45,017 nt of DNA, from positions 1 through 45,017 of IMG/VR virus record IMGVR_UViG_3300024996_000126, one strand, 5' to 3'. Position numbers and translations under genes: made by a program. How positions within the stretch are numbered: position 1 is the stretch's first letter; each line of letters opens with the position of its first letter. Positions 23,310-32,114 of this stretch are shown here, piece by piece. Below the pieces are notes generated by a model. The model did no database searches. It was not told where the DNA came from and saw nothing but the letters and a program-made list of their open reading frames with translations. This DNA is from a virus. Taxonomy: Duplodnaviria; Caudoviricetes.

Positions 23310-24670
23310 CCGACAAAATGACCCTGGCCGTGAACCATGCGCTCAACGACATGCGCATGGCCCGCGCCCGCATGTCGCTGCTGAACCCAGGCATGGGGCT
23401 GGACGCCAAGCGAAATGCGGCGTGGTGCGAGTATGGATTCAAGGAAGACCTGGACTTTCAGGACTTCTACAAGTTGTACCGGCGCGGCGGCGTGGCCTAC
23501 GGTGCCGTCGAGAAAATCATCGGCGCCTGCTGGAAGACCAATCCTTGGGTGATCGAGGGCGATGATCAGGATGAATCCCGGTCCGAGACGGCCTGGGAGC
23601 GCAAGGTGAAGCCCCTGGCGTCCGTCGCATTTTGGCGCAAGATCGGCGAAGCTGACCGCCGCCGGCTGGTGGGGCGATTCTCAGGCCTGATCCTGCGCAT
23701 CCGCGACAGCCAGGCCTGGGATCAGCCGGTGCGCGGCAGCAATCCAGCGTTGGTCGACGTCATCCCGGCCTGGGCTGGCGCCCTGCAGCCCGTCGAGTTC
23801 GACACCGAGCCGAACTCCGACCGCTACGGCCTGCCGAAATACTGGCAGTACACCCAGACCACGGCGAACGGCAGCCGCAGCCAGGTCAAGATCCACTACG
23901 ACCGCATCCACATCCTGGGCGATTGGACTGCGGACGCCATCGGGTTTCTGGAGCCGGCCTACAACGCCTTCGTCAGTCTGGAAAAGGTCGAGGGCGGATC
24001 AGGCGAAAGCTTCCTCAAGAACGCCGCGCGCCAGATGGCCGTCAACTTCGACAAGGAAGTGAATCTTCGCGACCTGGCCGCCATGTACGGCGTGGATCTG
24101 GCCGATCTACAAGAGAAATTCAACGCCGCCGCCCGCGAGGTCAACAGCGCCAACGATCTGCTGATGATCCTGCAGGGCGCGAATGTCACGCCGCTGGTGG
24201 CCAACGTCCCGGACCCGAAGCCGACCTATGACGTGAACCTGCAGACGGCGGCCGCCGCTCTGGACATTCCGACCAAGATACTGGTGGGTATGCAAACCGG
24301 TGAGCGCGCCAGCAGCGAAGACCAGAAGTATTTCAACGCCCGCTGTCAGTCGCGCCGCGGCGACCTGGGTTTCGAGATCCATGAGCTGTTTGAGCACCTG
24401 ATGCGCGTCCGTGTTGTGGACCGCATCGCTGAATACACGGTCATGTGGGACGATCTGACCGATGCAACCCAGGCCGACAAGCTGGCCAGCGCCAAGCTGA
24501 TGAGCGAGATCAACGCCCAAGCGATGGCGACAGGCGAGACCGTGTTCACCGGTGGTGAAATTCGCACGGCAGCAGGCTACGACCCTGAGGACGCGCCTGA
24601 TCCGCTGGGCGAGGATGACGAGGACGAGGATGGCGACGAAGCCGAACCCGCCGATCCTGCCCGCGAATAA
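23306..24670 (+). CDS. Portal protein (DUF1073-like)
   Basis: Position after TerL, 454 aa, LEKVEGGSGESFLKNAARQ, IPTKILVGMQTGERAS. Confidence 0.88.
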   Translation: MTDKMTLAVNHALNDMRMARARMSLLNPGMGLDAKRNAAWCEYGFKEDLDFQDFYKLYRRGGVAYGAVEKIIGACWKTNPWVIEGDDQDESRSETAWERKVKPLASVAFWRKIGEADRRRLVGRFSGLILRIRDSQAWDQPVRGSNPALVDVIPAWAGALQPVEFDTEPNSDRYGLPKYWQYTQTTANGSRSQVKIHYDRIHILGDWTADAIGFLEPAYNAFVSLEKVEGGSGESFLKNAARQMAVNFDKEVNLRDLAAMYGVDLADLQEKFNAAAREVNSANDLLMILQGANVTPLVANVPDPKPTYDVNLQTAAAALDIPTKILVGMQTGERASSEDQKYFNARCQSRRGDLGFEIHELFEHLMRVRVVDRIAEYTVMWDDLTDATQADKLASAKLMSEINAQAMATGETVFTGGEIRTAAGYDPEDAPDPLGEDDEDEDGDEAEPADPARE

Positions 24671-25583
24671 ACGCGACCCCGCCGGTGTCGATCGCCTGGA
24701 GCGCGGCGCCATGCGCGAGTTCGGGCGGCGCATTCGCAAGATCTCCCGGGGCTACGTCAAGTTGCTGGATCGCATACCGGCCGAGCCGATGGCGAACAGG
24801 GCGACGACAGACACAAAGGCCCGCCGCTACACGTTTCGGCTCGACCAGTACCTTCTGGCGTCGATCCTGTCCGACGGATCTGACCTGGTTGATTCGCTGC
24901 TGGCTGACCAGCGCGATCCGTGGTTTTTCGAGGCCTATGTGGCCGTGGCCTATCGGCGCGGCACCGCCCAGGCGTTCGCCAATCTCGCCCAGCAGTCGCC
25001 AGCGTATCTCGCCGGGCAGATCAGTGTGGCCGACATTATGCGCAGCGACCCGTACCGGCGGCGCATGGCGCTGGTGCAGGCCCGCGAATTCGAGGAGATG
25101 AGGGGGCTGGCCGCGACGGTCAAATCCGCCATGTCTCGAATCCTGACCGACGGCATTGGCCGGGGCCTGAATCCGCGCGCCATCGCTCGCAACCTGACCG
25201 ATCAAGCCGGCATCGAGGCGCGGCGCGCGAACAAGATCGCCCGATCCGAGGTGCCGATGGCGCTGCGCCGGGCCCGCTGGGACGAGTCGGACGAGGCCAC
25301 CGAAAAGTACGGGCTGCGCACCCTGGAAATGCACCTGTCGGCACTCAGCCCGACCACGCGCGCCACGCACGCCGCCCGGCACGGGAATCTGTACACGACC
25401 GCTGAGGTGCGCGACTGGTACAGCCGGGACGGGAACGCAATCAACTGTAAGTGCGCCCAGACAGCCGTTTTGGTGGACGAGAACGGCAAGCCCCTGGTGC
25501 CGCAGATCCAGGCCCGCGCCCTGGAAACCAAGCGCGTGATGAAAGCCAAGCACAACGGCCCGTGGGCCGACGAGGACAAATGA
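24630..25583 (+). CDS. Head morphogenesis protein (SPP1 gp7/Mu F-like)
   Basis: ARRANKIARSE, TTRATHAARHG, INCKC. Confidence 0.88.
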   Translation: MATKPNPPILPANKRDPAGVDRLERGAMREFGRRIRKISRGYVKLLDRIPAEPMANRATTDTKARRYTFRLDQYLLASILSDGSDLVDSLLADQRDPWFFEAYVAVAYRRGTAQAFANLAQQSPAYLAGQISVADIMRSDPYRRRMALVQAREFEEMRGLAATVKSAMSRILTDGIGRGLNPRAIARNLTDQAGIEARRANKIARSEVPMALRRARWDESDEATEKYGLRTLEMHLSALSPTTRATHAARHGNLYTTAEVRDWYSRDGNAINCKCAQTAVLVDENGKPLVPQIQARALETKRVMKAKHNGPWADEDK

Positions 25584-26932
25584 TGAAGAAGCAGATCGTG
25601 CTGCAGGTCAATGAGGGCCTGGATCCGGCGCTGGCCGGCCGCCGCCCGTCGGTGGATCAAGCCGGACGCACCCAGGTCAACATCACGACCCAGGTGAACG
25701 CCAGCCAGATACGGCGCGAGCAGATCAACGGCCGGGATTCGTGGATCGTGCCCAGCTACACGCTCCCCGCCGGCGTCATCATGAACGGCGGGCTGTACAC
25801 GGCCGCCGAGATCGATGCCCACTACCAGGAGCTGGAGGGCACCGTGGCGCCGCTCGGGCATCCTGTCGTCGACGGCAAGTTCGTGTCGGCGTTTAGCCCC
25901 GAGGGGCTGGCAGGGTTTTATGTGGGGGCCACCAACCGCAACGCGAAGAAGGCCGGCAATCGGATCTACGTCGAGAAGGTTATCGACGTGGAGACGGCCA
26001 GCAAGCACGAGGGCGGCCAGCGGCTGCTGGAGCGCCTGGAGGCCCTGGAAAAGGGCGAGGATGTGCCGCCCATCCATACCAGCGTGGCGGCATTCCTGGA
26101 GCAGTTGGAGCCCAATGAAGAGCAGAGTGCCCAGGGTGCCCAGTGGGTCGCCAAGATCCACGCCATGGACCACGACGCCATCCTGCTGGACGAGGTGGGC
26201 GCAGCGACCCCGGAGCAGGGCGTCGGGATGATGGTCAACGCCGATCAGGCCCAACCGCTGGCCGCCAACACCGGCGCGCTGGTGGGTGAGTCCTATCGGC
26301 AGCGCGAAGAGCGTCTGAGCCAGGCCGCCCGCAAGCGCTGGGCAACCGGCGCCGACGAATACGTCTGGGTCGCGGATTTCACCGACAGCCAGGCCGTGAT
26401 CGTTCGCAACGGAGGCGTCTCCGAAGTCTACGGCTACGAGGACAAGGGCGGCGCCATCACCTTCGCCGATACCGGCACGGCCGTCGTGCGCCAGGAATCG
26501 TGGGTCACCGCGGTCGCCAACTCTCTCAAACGATTTTTCACCCAGCAGGCACGCCCTGCGCAACCACCGGAGGGCAACATGCCTATCACCGCTGAAGAAC
26601 GGGCCGACCTGATCAAAGGGACCAGCGAAGCCGTCGCCGCCAACATGGCGGAACCCCTGAAGAACCTGACCGACGCCGTCACGGCGTTGCAGGCCAACCA
26701 GACGGCCCTGGCCGAGCAACTCACCGCCAACGCCCGCGCCGAGGAAGCCGAGAAGCGCAAGGCCGTGGCAGCCGTGCACGGCGACGTCGTCGCCAATGCG
26801 CTGTCGGGCGAGCCCCTGGACGCCATGTTCAAGTCGCTGGGCACCGCCGCCACCATCGGCGCGAATGCCGCCAATCAACCGCAGGATGAGGGTGCTCCGG
26901 ATCCTGCTGCCTACTTCGGAGGTGCGAAATGA
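25580..26932 (+). CDS. Prohead protease/scaffold protein
   Basis: NGGLY...APLGHP, DHDAILLDEVGAATPEQGVG, C-terminal coiled coil; precedes the capsid genes. Confidence 0.78.
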   Translation: MMKKQIVLQVNEGLDPALAGRRPSVDQAGRTQVNITTQVNASQIRREQINGRDSWIVPSYTLPAGVIMNGGLYTAAEIDAHYQELEGTVAPLGHPVVDGKFVSAFSPEGLAGFYVGATNRNAKKAGNRIYVEKVIDVETASKHEGGQRLLERLEALEKGEDVPPIHTSVAAFLEQLEPNEEQSAQGAQWVAKIHAMDHDAILLDEVGAATPEQGVGMMVNADQAQPLAANTGALVGESYRQREERLSQAARKRWATGADEYVWVADFTDSQAVIVRNGGVSEVYGYEDKGGAITFADTGTAVVRQESWVTAVANSLKRFFTQQARPAQPPEGNMPITAEERADLIKGTSEAVAANMAEPLKNLTDAVTALQANQTALAEQLTANARAEEAEKRKAVAAVHGDVVANALSGEPLDAMFKSLGTAATIGANAANQPQDEGAPDPAAYFGGAK

Positions 26933-27378
26933 GCCGCTATCGCCGCGTCAACATTGACGGTCAGTCCCTGTACAAGACCGAAACCCGCCTCACGGCGGCC
27001 GACCTCAAGCCCGGCACCTTCGCCACCATCAACGGCTCTGACAAGTTCGCGCAAGCAACCGCCGTCGCGGGCCGGATGTATGTGATCGATGTCGCCTATC
27101 ACGAGGGGCTGACCATCACCGATCCGGTTCCGGCCGGCCATTCTGCCATCGGCAACTACGTCGAGGAAGGCCGCGAACTGGCCATCCTGTGCGCCGCCGG
27201 GGCCTACGCGAAGGACACGCCGATCAAGGTCAATTCGTCCGGCCAGGGCGCGGTCGGCGTGGACGGTACCGACGCCATCGTGGGCTTCTCGCAAGACGAG
27301 TTCACGATCGGCTCCGGCGAAACCGAATTCATCCGCGTGCGGATGCGCGCAACCCAGAAACCCGGCGCTGCCGCCTAA
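26929..27378 (+). CDS. Head decoration / minor capsid protein
   Basis: 149-aa beta-rich protein between scaffold and major capsid genes. Confidence 0.7.
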   Translation: MSRYRRVNIDGQSLYKTETRLTAADLKPGTFATINGSDKFAQATAVAGRMYVIDVAYHEGLTITDPVPAGHSAIGNYVEEGRELAILCAAGAYAKDTPIKVNSSGQGAVGVDGTDAIVGFSQDEFTIGSGETEFIRVRMRATQKPGAAA

Positions 27379-27389
27379 GGAGATCACAC

Positions 27390-28475
27390 ATGTTTTTCAC
27401 TCCCCAAACCCTGGCGGCCAACAGCCGCCTGCGCGGCCACTGGGCGGACCTGTGGGCCAACCGCAATATCTACAACCGCCAGCACCGGACGATGGTCGAG
27501 GCCAATCGCGCCCAGATGACGCCTGACATGCTGGCGTGCAATGCGGTCGGAGGTTTCGCGCGCGACTTCTGGGCCGAGATCGACAACCAGGTCATCCAGA
27601 TGCGCGACACCGAAACGGGCATGGAGATCCTGACCGATCTGCTGGCGGTGCAGACGGTCCTGCCGGTGGGCAAGACCGCCAAGCTCTACAACATGGTGGG
27701 CGACATCGCCGACGATGTCTCGGTGAGCCTGGACGGCCAGGCGCCGTTTTCGTTTGACCACACCGAGTACAACACCGGCGGGGACCCGATCCCGGTCTTC
27801 ACGGCCGGGTACGGCGTGAACTGGCGCCACGCCGCGGGCCTCAGCACCGTCGGCCTGGACCTGGTGCTGGACAGCCAGGAAGCCAAGCTGCGCAAGTACA
27901 ACAAGAAGCTTGTTTCGTACCTGCTCGATGGCAACGACAAGATCAAGGTCGAAAGCTACGAGGCCAAGGGCCTGCGCAATCACGCCAACACCAAGAAGAT
28001 CGACCTGAAGACGGCTGGTGCCTCCGGCGGCGCGATCAACCTGACCACGGCCAGTCAGACGGACCTGAACAAGTTCTTCACCAGCGGTGCGTTTGGCCAG
28101 ACGGCACGCGCCAACCGGGTCGACGCCTATGACGTGGTGTGGGTCTCGCCGGAAATCTTCGGCAACCTGAACGCGCCGTACCTCGACAGCAACGGCATTG
28201 CGACCGATCGCACGATCTTGCAGGTCTTCGGGCCGCGCTGGAACGTGCGTGAGTTCCGCATGACCTATGCGCTCTCGGGTAACGAGCTGTTGGGCTACCA
28301 GCGCCGCCGCGATGTGGTGACGCCCCTGGTGGGCATGACCACGGGCGTGGTGCCGCTGCCGCGTCCGCTGCCCAACGTCAACTACAACTTCCAGATCATG
28401 GGCGCCATGGGCATCCAGGTGAAGGCCGACGATGCCGGCCTGTCCGGAGTTGTGTACGCGGCCGATCTGACCTAA
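27390..28475 (+). CDS. Major capsid protein
   Basis: 361 aa, TAAGGAG RBS, strongly biased codons, position in head module. Confidence 0.88.
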   Translation: MFFTPQTLAANSRLRGHWADLWANRNIYNRQHRTMVEANRAQMTPDMLACNAVGGFARDFWAEIDNQVIQMRDTETGMEILTDLLAVQTVLPVGKTAKLYNMVGDIADDVSVSLDGQAPFSFDHTEYNTGGDPIPVFTAGYGVNWRHAAGLSTVGLDLVLDSQEAKLRKYNKKLVSYLLDGNDKIKVESYEAKGLRNHANTKKIDLKTAGASGGAINLTTASQTDLNKFFTSGAFGQTARANRVDAYDVVWVSPEIFGNLNAPYLDSNGIATDRTILQVFGPRWNVREFRMTYALSGNELLGYQRRRDVVTPLVGMTTGVVPLPRPLPNVNYNFQIMGAMGIQVKADDAGLSGVVYAADLT

Positions 28476-28487
28476 CAGGGGCACGAC

Positions 28488-28769
28488 ATGAAATACATCG
28501 TCATTCGCCCCTGGTACGGAGTCGAGAAGGGTGCCGTCGTGGACTTGAAACATCTCCACCCGGCGCTCAAGACCAACGTCCGCCCCATCGGTGGCGAAGC
28601 CGCCGAACTGGTTCCGGCCACGCCCGGCGCCGGCGGCAAGCCTCCGACCAAAGGCGAGATCGCCAAGCGGCTGAAGGAGCTGGGAATCGAGTTCGACGGC
28701 CGCCAAAGCGCGGCGGAGCTGCTGACCCTGTTGCCCGACGGCGATCCGTTGAAGACCGCCGCCGAATAG
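28488..28769 (+). CDS. Small head-associated hypothetical protein
   Basis: EIAKRLKELGIEFDGRQSAAELLTLLP (HeH/LEM-like C-terminus). Confidence 0.7.
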   Translation: MKYIVIRPWYGVEKGAVVDLKHLHPALKTNVRPIGGEAAELVPATPGAGGKPPTKGEIAKRLKELGIEFDGRQSAAELLTLLPDGDPLKTAAE

Positions 28770-28809
28770 CCGCCTGCGGGCGGTTCTTTTGCCCCGCTTC
28801 GGCGGGGCA
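28768..28809 (+). terminator. Tandem hairpins / terminator after capsid genes
   Basis: GCCGCC-TGCG-GGCGGT-TCTTTT, then GCCCCGC-TTCG-GCGGGGC. Confidence 0.7.
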
Positions 28810-28831
28810 TCCCAATTATTGGAATCGAGCC

Positions 28832-29224
28832 ATGGTGACCACCGATCAGGCCAAGCAGTACCTGGAAGGCCAGGGCATCACACTGCCCGATTTCGTCCTG
28901 GCGGCGCTGGTCGAGCAGGCCAACAGCATCCAGGACTGTCTGGACGCCCACTACACGCCGGCCACGGCCCTGCTGATCCAGCTCTATCTGCTGGGCCTCA
29001 TGGGCCTGGGGCAGGGCGACAAGTACATCAGCAGCCAGACGGCACCCAGCGGCGCGTCCCGGTCCTTCCGGTATCAGGGCTTCGCCGACCGTTGGCGCGG
29101 CGCCATGTCGCTGCTGCGCGGCCTGGATAAGCACGGCTGCGCCACCGGTTTGATCCCGCCCGATCCGACCAAGGCGGCTGCCGGGTTCTGGGTGGCCGCG
29201 GGCGGCTGTATGCAGGGGAAGTGA
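28832..29224 (+). CDS. Head-tail adaptor protein
   Basis: ISSQTAPSGASRSF; synteny. Confidence 0.75.
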   Translation: MVTTDQAKQYLEGQGITLPDFVLAALVEQANSIQDCLDAHYTPATALLIQLYLLGLMGLGQGDKYISSQTAPSGASRSFRYQGFADRWRGAMSLLRGLDKHGCATGLIPPDPTKAAAGFWVAAGGCMQGK

Positions 29225-29225
29225 C

Positions 29226-29555
29226 GTGTCCAACGTAGCGAACTGGTCGTATGCCAACACCGCCACGATCAAGCCCTTCACTGGGCGCGGCGACTGGAAC
29301 GGCACGAACGCCTACGGCGAGCCTTTCGAAATCGCCTGCACCTGGACGGCAGCCAATGAACAGGTGCGCGATCAGTCGGGCGCGGAGTTCGTCGCCAAGC
29401 ACCTGATCTTCACCGAGGACAAGCGGCCCAAGTACCTGGACCTGATCCAACTCGCTGGTCACGACGACTGGGAAGAGATCAGAGCTGTCACCGAGTGGGA
29501 TATGTCCAGCCTGGACGAGCCTGATAGCCCGGATTTTCGGCTGGCAACGGCGTAG
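29226..29555 (+). CDS. Head closure / head-tail joining protein
   Basis: Synteny and size. Confidence 0.7.
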   Translation: MSNVANWSYANTATIKPFTGRGDWNGTNAYGEPFEIACTWTAANEQVRDQSGAEFVAKHLIFTEDKRPKYLDLIQLAGHDDWEEIRAVTEWDMSSLDEPDSPDFRLATA

Positions 29556-29563
29556 GGGGCAGC

Positions 29564-29956
29564 ATGCCAGTGAAAGGAATAGATCGGGTCAAGGCCAACT
29601 ACCGGCGCGTCACCCGAGAAATCGCGACCAAGACAACGGATCGCACTGTTGCCGCCATTCTGTCCCAGGGCGGCGCTATGGCCGCGACGATGACCCCGAT
29701 CGACACCTCGAACCTGATCAACAGCCATTTCGTTGAGATCAAGGTCGAGCGCAACAAGATCATCGGGCGAACGGGCTACACGGCCAGCTACGCCTTTGCT
29801 GTCCACGAAGCGCCGGGCACGCTGAAAGGCCAGCCCAGGCCAGACGGGCGTGGCGACTACTGGGACCCGAACGCCAGCCCGCGCTTTCTGTCCGAAGGCT
29901 TTGACCAGATCAAGAGCAGCATCCCAGCAATCTTGAAGGCCCACTACCGTGCTTGA
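29564..29956 (+). CDS. Neck/tail completion protein (HK97 gp10-like)
   Basis: TPIDTSNLINS, GYTASYAFAVHE, PRFL. Confidence 0.8.
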   Translation: MPVKGIDRVKANYRRVTREIATKTTDRTVAAILSQGGAMAATMTPIDTSNLINSHFVEIKVERNKIIGRTGYTASYAFAVHEAPGTLKGQPRPDGRGDYWDPNASPRFLSEGFDQIKSSIPAILKAHYRA

Positions 29957-30308
29957 TGAACTGAAAGCCTGGATCGAGGCGATCCTTGGGTCGGCCTGGG
30001 TCTACAGCATGGGCATGTGGACGGATCGCCCGGGCATCGAGGAAAGCCCGATCTGTTCGATTCAGGGCGACGGCGGCCCGCAGCCGGACGTGGACGACCG
30101 CCGCCCGCGATTTCGCGTGATCCTGCTGGGCGCCGTCAAGGGGTCGGTGGGGCCGCCGAAAGATGGTGCTGATGCTCTGACCGCCGCCGCGCTGTCCGTC
30201 CCGCCACCGTGCGGAGCCGCGCATATCCGAATTTCCGAGCCGACCGGGCCGGGCACAACGACCGACGACCGGCGCTGGTATGCGCTGGACATCGAGATCC
30301 TTTTCTGA
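29949..30308 (+). CDS. Tail terminator-like protein
   Basis: Synteny before the tail tube gene. Confidence 0.7.
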   Translation: MLDELKAWIEAILGSAWVYSMGMWTDRPGIEESPICSIQGDGGPQPDVDDRRPRFRVILLGAVKGSVGPPKDGADALTAAALSVPPPCGAAHIRISEPTGPGTTTDDRRWYALDIEILF

Positions 30309-30331
30309 CCGCCTCCGGGCGAAATCTACCT

Positions 30332-30356
30332 GCCGCCTTCGGGTGGCTTTTCATTT
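30332..30356 (+). terminator. Intrinsic terminator-like hairpin before the tail tube gene
   Basis: GCCGCC-TTCG-GGTGGC-TTTTCATTT. Confidence 0.7.
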
Positions 30357-30368
30357 GGAGGCCATGAC

Positions 30369-31100
30369 ATGGCTATTTGCAAAAGCACGAAATACGTTGG
30401 CCGCGACGTGGTCCTGGAATACGCCATTGGCTGCGGCGACGCCCGACCTGTCGAGGCCGACTGGAAGCGCTTCGGCTCGATGCGCACCAAGGAATTCAAC
30501 CTGGAATGGGAAACCACCGATGCGACGGCTGACGACTCCATCGGCGCGCTGCGCGAGAATTTGGCCACGTTCCAGTCCCTCACGATCTCGGGCGACGGCA
30601 CCTGCAAGGCCAGCGGCGCCGGATCTGCGAACCTGATCGAACTGACGAAGCACGTCGCCAATCCGGCGGCGACCGGCGGCCAGCCCACCGCCTGGCTGCG
30701 CATGACGTTTCCCGATCTGACCTTCACGGCTTTCATGATCATCACGACCATGAGCCGGTCGGCGCCGTTCGACGACGTGACGACCTACAGCATGGAAGCC
30801 AGCGCCACGGCGTCGGACTTCGGCCTGATCGTGGAAGACACGCCGGCGCCGGTCACGATCACGAGCGTCACGGTGACGCCCAGCACGCTGGCGATGGTCG
30901 AGGGCGATCTGGATGCGCTGACCGCTGCCGTGGTGCCCAGCACCAGCCCCGAGGTGAAATGGACGTCCAGTGATGCGCTGGTTGCGACTGTGGACAGTCA
31001 CGGTCACGTCGAGGCGGTGGGCGCTGGCACGGCGACGATCACCGCCACCAGCGCCTATGACGCCACGAAATCGGGCAGTTGCGCGGTGACGGTAAGCTAG
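30369..31100 (+). CDS. Major tail tube protein with C-terminal Ig-like (Big_2) domain
   Basis: DATADDS, RSAPFDDVTTYS; C-terminal VTVTP...VKWTSSD..VATVD..G.V.AVGAGTATITAT. Confidence 0.9.
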   Translation: MAICKSTKYVGRDVVLEYAIGCGDARPVEADWKRFGSMRTKEFNLEWETTDATADDSIGALRENLATFQSLTISGDGTCKASGAGSANLIELTKHVANPAATGGQPTAWLRMTFPDLTFTAFMIITTMSRSAPFDDVTTYSMEASATASDFGLIVEDTPAPVTITSVTVTPSTLAMVEGDLDALTAAVVPSTSPEVKWTSSDALVATVDSHGHVEAVGAGTATITATSAYDATKSGSCAVTVS

Positions 31101-31501
31101 GGCTTACGGGGCTGGTCCGCGACAGGGCCGCCGGCGTCGGTTGCAAGACCGGTGCTGGTGCCCGTTTGGCTCGATGACGAGGTGTATCGGGACAGGATGT
31201 CTTGGTGGTCAAACATCATCATGACCATGTTTGATCTGGTGTCGGCCCCGCCGACGAAGGCTCCAACGATTGGAATAAACGTCGAGGGGCGGGCGCGGGA
31301 CTCAACGTAGCTGTACATCAGTGTCGTGGTGCCGTCCATGTTGCGCATAGTCGTCGTGGGCTGGCCCAGGGCGGCGATTACCTCCTGCTTCGTCGTCTGG
31401 CCTTCGTGAAATTGGGAAAGCTGGTCGTCAGAGACTTTGACGCCCGATGACGCGCAGCCGGCAAGAGCCAAGGCTGCCGCGAGTGCTGCGATTTTCTTCA
31501 T
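31097..31501 (-). CDS. Outer-membrane lipoprotein, BamE/SmpA-like domain; antisense moron
   Basis: Lipobox LAGC; GQTTKQEVIAALGQP; AGGAG RBS. Confidence 0.85.
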   Translation of the reverse strand: MKKIAALAAALALAGCASSGVKVSDDQLSQFHEGQTTKQEVIAALGQPTTTMRNMDGTTTLMYSYVESRARPSTFIPIVGAFVGGADTRSNMVMMMFDHQDILSRYTSSSSQTGTSTGLATDAGGPVADQPRKP

Positions 31502-31520
31502 TTTTAGTTACTCCTGTGAC

Positions 31521-32114
31521 ATGAGAATCCTAACCGAGATCGGCGAAATCAGCATTCACGCGGGCCGTGATGTGCTGTTGCGCCCGTCGCTGGCGGCCAT
31601 CGCCAGCCTGGGCGAACCTGCCGAAATCGTGGAGACGTTCGCGCGCGTGATGGCCGGCGACTTCATGGACAGCCTGGCTGTCGTGTTCGCCTGCGCAGAT
31701 GAAGATGTGTCGGACCTGTTCGGCTTCTACGAAGCACGGGACGATGCGATCTGCTACATCCCCGGCACCGCGCCGGCCGCCCATGTCATCCCCCTGGCCC
31801 AGTCGTTGATGCGCCATGGTGTGGTGGGCGTTGCCAAGCCGCTGCCGCGCCGCGCTGATATCGAGCAGGAATACATGACCGAGTTCGACGCCCGCGAGCA
31901 TGCTGCCCTGGCCATGGCCCACCTGGGCCTGACCGAGCGCGAGGCGTGGCACATGACGATGACCGGCCTTGTCGCAGCACTTCGGGCGAAGTTCCCGCCG
32001 TCATCCAAGGACACGCCGGGCGCGCGGGCACCGACGAAGGATGAGCACGAAGCCACCATGGAGTGGTTCGAGCGAGTTGAGGCGGCCCGCCGGGCCAAGC
32101 AAGGGGCGCACTGA
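31521..32114 (+). CDS. Tail assembly chaperone
   Basis: Between tube and tape measure genes; LRPSLAAIASLGEPAEIV, HLGL...EAWHMTMT. Confidence 0.75.
   Translation: MRILTEIGEISIHAGRDVLLRPSLAAIASLGEPAEIVETFARVMAGDFMDSLAVVFACADEDVSDLFGFYEARDDAICYIPGTAPAAHVIPLAQSLMRHGVVGVAKPLPRRADIEQEYMTEFDAREHAALAMAHLGLTEREAWHMTMTGLVAALRAKFPPSSKDTPGARAPTKDEHEATMEWFERVEAARRAKQGAH

Noticed and set aside
23306-24670. Anti-CBASS Acb1 label sometimes attached to this portal family
   Set aside because: Size and position indicate a portal, and I see no pair of HxT/S phosphoesterase motifs.
31521-32114. Programmed frameshift in the tail chaperone
   Set aside because: A single ORF runs directly into the tape-measure start; no second frame is needed and no clear slippery site was seen.
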